Positions 50,219 through 59,600 of a stretch of DNA of 64,000 nucleotides are shown here, piece by piece. The notes under the pieces are model-generated. The model was given only the letters and a program-made list of their open reading frames with translations, did not search any database and had not been told where the DNA came from. The stretch lies in contig CATNEN010000011.1 in NCBI GenBank assembly GCA_950097015.1, forward strand, positions 5,704,001-5,768,000, read 5' to 3'. The translations under genes and the position numbers were made by a program. Each line of letters starts with the position of its first letter. Position 1 is the first letter of the stretch. Source of the DNA: Macrostomum hystrix. Its lineage: Eukaryota > Animalia > Platyhelminthes.

Positions 50219-50983
50219 CTGCAGATAAAACAGAAATGAACAATTCATACAAAACATCTACGGTTTGAAGGCAGAGAAATTTTGTCACTCCAGTATTTAA
50301 TGACTAAAATGGAGTGTGTTGTCCTACAGATAAGTATGCATTTGGACAGGAATAAAAGAAAGAGAATGAAAAATGAACAGCTGGGCACACTCTACCGTCT
50401 CCAGTACGCAACAGAACAGAGGCAGCAGAGAGGAGGTGGGGGAGCTAAACTCAAGAAAACAGAAAAGAAGAGCACCTGTATGTACAGGTGCGAGAGTTTG
50501 TGATTGCGTGCATTGATAATTAGCAAGACTATGCGTGGACTAATATGAAAATTATGAAACTATGGACTATGGAAAGACAGGTGAGAGAGATTAGGCAATA
50601 CAGCTACGGTCGTGTCGTATTGACTGTATTCGTAATCTAACTGGTTACTCTATTTTTTTTCCGAAATTGGCATCGACACCTCTGCTCAATCCTTGATAAG
50701 ACGGGAAATAAAATGGTTACAAGAACACTGTCAGTATAGACTGCCAATTAATCACTGTCATTGACATATTTTGCCAGTCAATCCATCAGAGTCATCATTT
50801 ACTGCCTATCATCACTGTAAAAATCATTAAAAAGCAATAATCGTGGCTAATATAATGGGTGTCAAACACTTTGTACGCGACCAAGTTTCAGTTATTGTAT
50901 TTGACACACAGTGGGGACGTTTAACAGGTGAACAAATAACAAACGGTACATAAACAGCTTAAAGTGTGGTGATACACGTGTCA

Positions 50984-51165
50984 GATTGGCTAGAGTTATT
51001 TCATTCAGTGGGTTGAATGCTGCTTAATCTTGATTGGCTAGAGTTATTTCATTCAGTGGGTTGAATGCTGCTTAATCTTGATTGGCTAGAGTTATTTCAT
51101 TCAGTGGGTTGAATGCTGCTTAATCTTGATTGGCTAGAGTTATTTTATTCAGTGGGTTGAATGAA
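50984..51165. repeat. 48-bp tandem array (3.8 copies), each with an inverted CCAAT box GATTGGCTA
   Basis: Near-perfect copies start at 50984, 51032, 51080 and 51128. Confidence 0.9.
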
Positions 51166-51179
51166 ACCCACTTGGGTTG

Positions 51180-54100
51180 CTAAATAGTCTTCATGAGTAG
51201 CCCCAGAAACCTGGTGCTGATTAGAAGGCCAATCAGGGAAGCAGCGACAACTTTGCCAGCCATGGTTCTAGTTACCCGGCTACCAGTCATGCAGTGAAAG
51301 AAGAAGATCCAGATAAACAGAGCGTGCTGAATGAGCGATCCAGTTTCCTTGGTCATGTAGATGGCAAGCAAAGGAGTAGTGAGCTCGCTAAATGTTATCA
51401 TCATAGACTTACTGACGGGCTCGTAAATGTACCTGGCTGTGAGCAGGTCTGCGCGCCGTTGCGATTGAAATTGTAAGCCAGTCATATTGCCGTACAACTG
51501 AAAAGTCTGCGTACTCAACATTGTCTCCATTATGTTCATTCGCAGATCCATAGTTTTAAAGGTGAGCATTTCAGCCAGCATCAAGCTGCTCAAGTCCAAC
51601 GAGGCCTTTGAGTCGGATAGCAAGAACAGAAATGGCTTCAGAAAGATAGCAAGCAAATGCCGCACAGACGCGTTGTTGTAGACGAGGCTCGAGATATAGC
51701 TAATAATGGTGTCCAAAGTTAGGCACAAAATGATAGCGCTTAGCTTAGCAATCAGCATCACCTTGCTGACTAGGGTGGCGAGGCGAAGGCCGGCAAAGGC
51801 GCCTGAGTACATCCGTTTGAGCAGGGAACCGGTACTCTTGCCTTTGGATTGGGTTGGTTGGTTGGTTGGTTGGTTGGTTGGTTGGTTGGTTGGTTGGTTG
51901 GTTGGTTGGTTGGTTGGTTGGTTGGTTGGTTGGTTGGTTGGTTGGTTGGTTGGTTGGTTGGTTGGTTGGTTGGTTGGTTGGTTGGTTGGTTGGTTGGTTG
52001 GTTGGTTGGTTGGTTGGTTGGTTGGTTGGTTGGTTGGTTGGTTGGTTGGTTGGTTGGTTGGTTGGTTGGTTGGTTGGTTGGTTGGTTGGTTGGTTGGTTG
52101 GTTGGTTGGTTGGTTGGTTGGTTGGTTGGTTGGTTGGTTGGTTGGTTGGTTGGTTGGTTGGTTGGTTGGTTGGTTGGTTGGTTGGTTGGTTGGTTGGTTG
52201 GTTGGTTGGTTGGTTGGTTGGTTGGTTGGTTGGTTGGTTGGTTGGTTGGTTGGTTGGTTGGTTGGTTGGTTGGTTGGTTGGTTGGTTGGTTGGTTGGTTG
52301 GTTGGTTGGTTGGTTGGTTGGTTGGTTGGTTGGTTGGTTGGTTGGTTGGTTGGTTGGTTGGTTGGTTGGTTGGTTGGTTGGTTGGTTGGTTGGTTGGTTG
52401 GTTGGTTGGTTGGTTGGTTGGTTGGTTGGTTGGTTGGTTGGTTGGTTGGTTGGTTGGTTGGTTGGTTGGTTGGTTGGTTGGTTGGTTGGTTGGTTGGTTG
52501 GTTGGTTGGTTGGTTGGTTGGTTGGTTGGTTGGTTGGTTGGTTGGTTGGTTGGTTGGTTGGTTGGTTGGTTGGTTGGTTGGTTGGTTGGTTGGTTGGTTG
52601 GTTGGTTGGTTGGTTGGTTGGTTGGTTGGTTGGTTGGTTGGTTGGTTGGTTGGTTGGTTGGTTGGTTGGTTGGTTGGTTGGTTGGTTGGTTGGTTGGTTG
52701 GTTGGTTGGTTGGTTGGTTGGTTGGTTGGTTGGTTGGTTGGTTGGTTGGTTGGTTGGTTGGTTGGTTGGTTGGTTGGTTGGTTGGTTGGTTGGTTGGTTG
52801 GTTGGTTGGTTGGTTGGTTGGTTGGTTGGTTGGTTGGTTGGTTGGTTGGTTGGTTGGTTGGTTGGTTGGTTGGTTGGTTGGTTGGTTGGTTGGTTGGTTG
52901 GTTGGTTGGTTGGTTGGTTGGTTGGTTGGTTGGTTGGTTGGTTGGTTGGTTGGTTGGTTGGTTGGTTGGTTGGTTGGTTGGTTGGTTGGTTGGTTGGTTG
53001 GTTGGTTGGTTGGTTGGTTGGTTGGTTGGTTGGTTGGTTGGTTGGTTGGTTGGTTGGTTGGTTGGTTGGTTGGTTGGTTGGTTGGTTGGTTGGTTGGTTG
53101 GTTGGTTGGTTGGTTGGTTGGTTGGTTGGTTCAACTTCTCACCTGGATTCTGAAACCCGGCGCTGCCCACAAAATTTTTGGCACGCATCGGGAACAGCAC
53201 CTTGCAGATGGGCACGGAGCTGAATATGCACAGCTGCCGCAGTGCAACGGCCTGCATCAGGAAGGTCTCGCGATTCGTGCCAAAATAGATAAATCTCCGA
53301 TCTGTCGAAGCCGGTACGCTGTTAAAAAGGACGGTGAAAACGAAGACGGCCTCCGACTCGGACAGACACCTAAGGTATGGAAACAGCAGCAGCAACACGC
53401 AGGGCATGGAGAAGAACTGGGCGGCCAACAGTGCCAAAGCTTCAACGCCTGTCAGGCCAATAAAATTGGCGCCAAACACGTGGAACAGGCGCACCAACGA
53501 GGCTACAAAGTTGGACTCGTGCATGGCACCGATGCACACTCCGTCTATTAATATGGTGATGGTTAAGGACATGAAGTCCGGCCCGCAGCCCATGTTGCCG
53601 GACTGGGACCAGCCCATCCGGTCCAGGTCCAATCGGGGCACATAGTCCATGGCGTCGCGAAGCAGCAGCAGGCTGGGCGGGATGCCTTCGAATTTCTGAG
53701 CCAAGCTCTGCACTTTGAAGAACACCAGCAGCACCAGGTAGTAGAGTAGGCAGCTAGCTCTGCGCGACGGATCATTTAGGTGATCGAGTGTCAGTTGATC
53801 GAGAGTCTGGGGATCACTGGTCAGGGAATCACTGGTCAGGGGATCACTAGTCAGGGGATCACTAGTCAGGGGATCACTGGTCAGGGGATCACTAGTCAGG
53901 GGATCACGGGTCAGGGGATCAAACTCACGAAACGCTGCCCCACTGCACAGCCAGAATGTCAGTCGAAAACAGGCAGACAAGCAGTACCAGCAGCATCAAT
54001 GAAAAGATGCAGAACATGAAGTCCAACTGCAGGTCCTTATGCTCCAGTAGCACGAAGCAGTGATGCGTGAGCAAGCCGAGGGTCAGTAGAGCGATGATCA

Positions 54101-55186
54101 GCTTCTTTGTCCGCATGGCAGCCATAGACCACTTGGCGCTGATGAAGTAGGTCATCTTCTTCGGCAGCAGGTTGCGGCTGATGCTGTCTACTGCGAACGG
54201 CTGCGACAGACCGGTGAAGTAAAAGTACGAGTATATGCACTTTTATTTTAGATTTTTACGGCTGATAAAGACATAAATGCTATTAGGCAATAAAGGTCAC
54301 TGCTAGTGGCGAATCCAGGTCAGTGCTAGGGGAGAATCCAGGTCAGTGCTAGATGGGGAATCCAGGTCAGTAATAGATGGGGAATCCAGGTCAGTGCAAG
54401 ATGGGGAATCCAGGTCAGTGCTAGATGGGGAATCCAGGTCAGTAATAGATGGGGAATCCAGGTCAGTGACAGGGGAATCCAGGTCAGTGAGAGGGGAATC
54501 CAGGTCATTGAGAGGGGAATCCAGGTCAGTGAGAGGCGAATCCAGGTCAGTGAGAGGCGAATCCAGGTCAGTGAGAGGGGAATCCAGGTCAGTGCATTGG
54601 GCAATCACTCAAGAGAGTCCATCAGCCCCACCTGCATCCTGGTCCGCCACAGGACTGTGTCGAACTCGGCTTCGCTGAGCGCCCTGGCCACCGAGAATTG
54701 CCTAGCGAATGCGTTAGCCAGACTAGCAAACGAGAGGATCAGGATGCCGAGGCACAGACCGATTTTGAATGTCACGGCAGTCAGGCCAATCAGAGCCGCC
54801 CAGTGTGAGCTAATGTCTTTCAGCTGCATGGGACAGAACAGGTACGAGTACATAAGACCCAAGATGGTCACGGCGCTGCACAGAGGACGCAGCCGAAGAA
54901 ACCAAACCAGCAGCAGCCGGCTGAACTGGATCGCCAAGTTCGTGAGTTGATGGAGGCCTCTGAAGATGCTAAACAGAGGTCGAACTTCCTGACCTCCGGC
55001 CTTGTCAGCTGCTGCAGACGAATGGTCAGCGCGAATGATGCTGCCCCAGTTTTCGTAGAGAATCTCGCTGATCTCCCCGGAGTCCGACAGGTCGTCGTCA
55101 TTGGAATCTTCCTTTTGAAACTGATCATCTTCGTCAGAGCTGCTCAAGATGTCCGATTCGGATTCCCAGTTGTGCTGGGGTCGCAT
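51180..55186 (-). CDS. Multi-pass membrane protein with acidic N-terminus, probably a divergent wolframin (WFS1)-like protein
   Basis: Exons 55186-54632, 54200-53929, 53759-53143, 51841-51180 (phases 0, 2, 1 consistent) with many hydrophobic helices. The motif [28 protein letters not shown] resembles recalled WFS1 [27 protein letters not shown]. The gene structure is well supported; the family assignment is tentative. Confidence 0.6.
51852..53131. repeat. Apparently perfect (GGTT)n/(AACC)n microsatellite, 1280 bp (~320 units)
   Basis: No interruption seen; makes up almost all of intron 53142-51842. Confidence 0.97.
53780..53920. repeat. Intronic minisatellite, 15-bp unit GGTCAGGGGATCACT
   Basis: Fills intron 53928-53760. 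Confidence 0.9.
54315..54595. repeat. Intronic minisatellite, 21/24-bp unit GGGGAATCCAGGTCAGTGA..
   Basis: Fills intron 54631-54201. Confidence 0.9.
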
Positions 55187-55444
55187 TGTGCTTAATTGCT
55201 GTCAGTTAGCCGGCAAGTTTTAATCGTGAAAAATTCGGATATTTTAGCAACGCTGGTATGCTCATGAAGCCAACAAATTACCAACCTCCGAGAACACCCT
55301 ACTTTGAACCATAGACAAACGTTCTAAATCAATACAAACAGCCTCAGTTTTACCAGTCAATTCGTGAAACTGTGCAGCTTAACAAAGCAACAAGTATTTT
55401 TAGTTTTAGTTTTAGCTTACATTTCCATTGTTCGTTTTTCTTTA

Positions 55445-55689
55445 CGAATCCCGACTCCATTGGAACAATATGTGCCCATTTAGTTAGACACTTAACCCTG
55501 CATTGCTTCAGTTCACCCAGCTGTTAAATGGGTACCAGCATCAGCTGGGGTAATTCAGGGTGGGTGTGGCGTCCCCCAGTCCATGGACTGAACAGCCGTA
55601 CGCAGCCTTCAGATGCGCCGCACAATAGCTGCGACTGTGCTGTCGGCTGCACATCTGGCCCAATTGGGGCAGGTGTAATAAATTATTAT
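55445..55689 (+). mobile_element. 5'-truncated tRNA-SINE, family A
   Basis: Body and 3' end match 62085-62372 (CCCAGTCCATGGACTGAAC..GGCCCAATTGGGGCAGGTGTAATAAATTATT). Confidence 0.85.
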
Positions 55690-55728
55690 GTTTATTAATA
55701 TTACGGAACAGATAAGAGTGTAACATAA

Positions 55729-56083
55729 GGGGGTCGGTGGCAGAGCGGTTATCGCGTTTGCCTCTCCTTAAGTTCAATTCCACGGCAAGGCCACATTCAT
55801 TTGCGCAGCAGCCGCGGAGAGAAGGCTTGGGGGGCTTGTCGTGCAATTTACGCCGTTGAGGGCCAACTTCCAAGGCACAGTGAAATGTACACTGCCTGAC
55901 GATGAGAAAGTCGGGGCAGATGTACACACCTGTGTGAGCGTGTGCCTGCGTACAGTATCTGTGTGCCTGTGTGCTCAGGAGTCAGCGAAATGGGCAGAAT
56001 TGCCTCCTCGCTGGCTGCGGGTCCAGTGTCATCAAATGATGTGCCATTGCCCGCAGCCCTCCTGCAATTATTATTATTATTAT
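55729..56083 (+). mobile_element. tRNA-derived SINE, family B, with target-site duplication
   Basis: A-box-like TGGCAGAGCGG, B-box-like GTTCAATTCC and (ATT)n tail; GAGTGTAACA flanks both sides (55716-55725 and 56084-56093); homologous to 63115-63470, 49652-49889 and 56964-57178. Confidence 0.85.
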
Positions 56084-56640
56084 GAGTGTAACAGCAATTG
56101 AAGTAAAAATAGATTTGTTAATAACTAATTGTTCCGGAATCGCATTAAAGATAATATATTTCAAATCTGACAAACATCGTTGAAAGTATTGAATTAAACA
56201 AATAATAACAAAGAGTCATTGTGAAAACATTTCATACGCAATATTCATATGCGTTGGGAATAATTATTAAAAATCATTCTCCCAATTCTATCACACACTG
56301 TTCAAAGTGTTTTTTAAAATCAAAATACAGTGCATTTTAAGGTTAAGACACATTAAATAAAATTTCCCATTAGATAATAGTACAAATTCCTGCTTCGCGC
56401 CTCTACGTCTATGGTAATGTCTGACTTCCATTCGAAAGTCTCAAACATTATCGAACTCCCAAAGTACTTTTAAAAAAATGGTACTTAGGAGTTAGAAGTG
56501 AACGACTGCAGAATCATGTACAATTTCAGTGGATAAAATCAGGCAGGGAAAATTAGGCTAACAAAAGAAATAAGATTTGCAGGCTTCATTGATTTCAATT
56601 CGATAGCTAAGAGTTGACCAGTGATGTGCTCATAGTTGCG

Positions 56641-59600
56641 TTAACATAGCTGCCTCCGGCCTCGTCGGGGTACAACATGCCCGATGAGATTCGCCGACGA
56701 TTGCGAACCACCGTGGTGGTGGTAGCGATGCCGTCCGCGATGCCTCCAATGCCCTGAACTGTGGTCTCTGCTGTGGAGAAGCGTTTGGCATTTAATTGCG
56801 AGAGAAGCTAATTATCGTCCACGAGTTTTATGTTATTTCAGGAATCTAAAGATTATCTACTAATCTAAGTGGGTTTGTACCCTGGTGTTTAGAGCGTCGG
56901 ACTCGGTACTTGATGGTCGTGTGTTCGATTCCTGACTCCGTTGGAAGAACTTGGGTCTAATAAGTTTGCCTCTCGCACCAAGGTCCCTGAGCTCGATTCC
57001 GCGGCGAGGCCACATTCATTTGGGGCGCAGACGCGGAGAGAAGGCTCAGGCTAGGGGGTTGTCGTGCCATAGAGGGCCAACCTCCAAGGCACAGTGAGAG
57101 TGTACACTGCCTGACGATGAGAAAGTCAGGGCAGATGTACACACCTGTGTCGCAAAAGCCCACAGCCCTCTTGCAAATATAAAATTAATATTTTTATGAC
57201 TGGTCATTGGACCTAAATTCCATGGGAAAATCCGACCAGATTATCTACGAGAATTTTTAGTATTATTTTGTACTGGCTATTGTACATGAAAATCGTTAAA
57301 CAAGCCCTGACATACAAACCTAATAAATCAGCAACTTGACTCATACCGCAATTATTTAAATAACTTTCTGCATAATAAACTTTTGATTTCTTGTCTGCTC
57401 AATCTATTTTGAATTGAATAACTACCGACAGTTCGAGTTGGCTAAACCTTTCGCATCTTATATGGCTTAAAAAATTAAAGGCACCAGCTTACCGTTGTTT
57501 GGATCTGCCAAACTTTGAAAGTCCTCAGGATAAGCCGGCTCACCGTGCTTCATAAAGTCAACACCTGCAAATTTTTTGTTTAATTGAAATAAAAAATACA
57601 TAATTTTATGTGTTCAAAGATAAAAAAGTAATATTAATCACGTCTTTTTACGGATTCACGGTTTTTTTTGGATTCACGGGTTTTTATGGATTCACGGGTT
57701 TTTATGGATTCACAAGTCTTTATGGATTCACGGGTTTTTATGGATTCACAGTTTCTTATGTATTACCAGGTTTTTATGGATTCACGGGTTTTTATGGATT
57801 CACAGTTTCTTATGGATTCACGGGTTTTTATGGATTCACTGGTTTTTATGGATTCACAAGTTTTTATGAATTCCCAGGTTTCTTATGGATTCACGGGTTT
57901 TTATGGATTCACAAGTTTTTATGAATTCCCAGGTTTTTTTATGGATTCACGGGTTTTTATGGATTCACGGGTTTTTATGGATTCACGGGTTTTTATGAAT
58001 TCACAGGTTTTTTATGGACTATTCACATATTTTCAGACCGGTTCGCTTTCATATTTCAAATCAGGTTTTTAAACGGTTCCCATTTTCGTCGACTTTCCTC
58101 CCAGGTGCAGCTAATCAGGATTCACTGATTCACCTCTGATTTCAAACTCCTCGGAGGCCCTGAGCAGTTTCATCCAGCGGAGAGCTCCGAACACAACAGC
58201 AGCCAGACCGCCTGACCACAGCGTGATGGTCGCCAAACCCAGCGCCTGTACGGCCAGGTCCAAGCCGCTCTGCTGGTCCCATTTCAGCAGGATGCCGCGG
58301 TCGCGATGAAAGAAGGCCACAGCGATCACCCCGACGCAGCCGCCGCCGTAGTGGACGGACACCGAGCTGGCCGGGTCGTCCACTCGGAGGCGGAGCACCA
58401 GTCTGGACAGCAGGGTGTAAGCCACCGCGCCTAATACCCCGATGGCGCATGCGCCCCAGGGGTAGACAACATTGCAGCCGGAGCAGATGGCTACTGTGCC
58501 TGCCAGGGAGCCGTTGATGGTTTCTAGGATCGACCTGGGCGGCGGGTTGTGAGCTAGTGACAGTTTTCGTGGGGAATTGTCTTGAAGGATTTTCGGTGAT
58601 GATCCTCAAGGTAGCCCATTGTACGAGCCGTAATTAAGCGGATTATGATTGAGTATAAATGGAGTATGCCGCAGTCATCTAGGGATTATCATCCAGGGAT
58701 TATCATCCAGGGATTATCATCAAGGGATAATCATTGAAGGATTATCATGTACGAATTATCATCTAGGGATTATCATCGAGGGATAATCATCGAGGGATTA
58801 TCATGTACGTATTATCATGTACGGCTTATCATTGTGGGATTATCATTAAGGGATTATCATCGAAGGTACAAAAAAGCGTGTCATAAGCGTATGAGATTCT
58901 TCCAATGAAGGTTTATCGGTGACAGATTATTGTCTAGGGATAATCGTCAAGGGATTCGCGTTAGGAGGCTTTCATCGAGAGAATATCGACATAAAGGGGA
59001 TTATTTTCGTTATCGCTGGCTATCATTGTCGAGGGATTAATATCGCCGTCAGGGTACAATAGTCGTGTAGGGATCTTCAATAGATTAGGAATAACAATAT
59101 GATGTAAATTAGTTTTCAGGAACCTATCAGAAATACTCAAATTAAAGGAATCAGCATTACCCCCTCTGATTCTCACTGACGTTCTAAAACAGTTTGTATG
59201 CAACTTACCAGTAAGGACTGCTCAACCGGCTGATGATGAGGCCGGTCGCACCTCCGCAGCAGCAGGCCAAGATAGTGTTCACCATCACTATGGCAACGGC
59301 CAGGCCGTCGCCAGGATTTGTGATGCTTATTTGACTGCCGCCGTTGAATGCCAAGAAGGTGAAGTAGAGAATGAAAGCGCCCAGAGCAACGTGGGGCACG
59401 GAGTGGCCCGGCATCGGCTGCGGCCGACCGGTGTCCGGGTGGAATCTGTGCAGCCGCGGACCGAGCAGAGCCGCGCCAACCAGCGAGGCGATGCCACCGG
59501 TGGCGTGGACAACTCCGCTGCCGGCGAAGTCCTGAGATTTTGATTCGGGATGTTTCGAGACGTGTTCTAGGGTGTTCAAGGGCGTTCTATCACGTGTTCT

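Noticed and set aside
51706-53551. (WLVG)n ORFs of 434-565 aa on the plus strand
   Set aside because: Antisense translation of the (GGTT)n microsatellite.
55186-55210. Spliced-leader trans-splice acceptors just before the ATG (here and before PIM at about 39150)
   Set aside because: Upstream GT donors exist (for example GTAAGC at 55420), so ordinary 5' UTR introns explain them equally well; needs transcript data.
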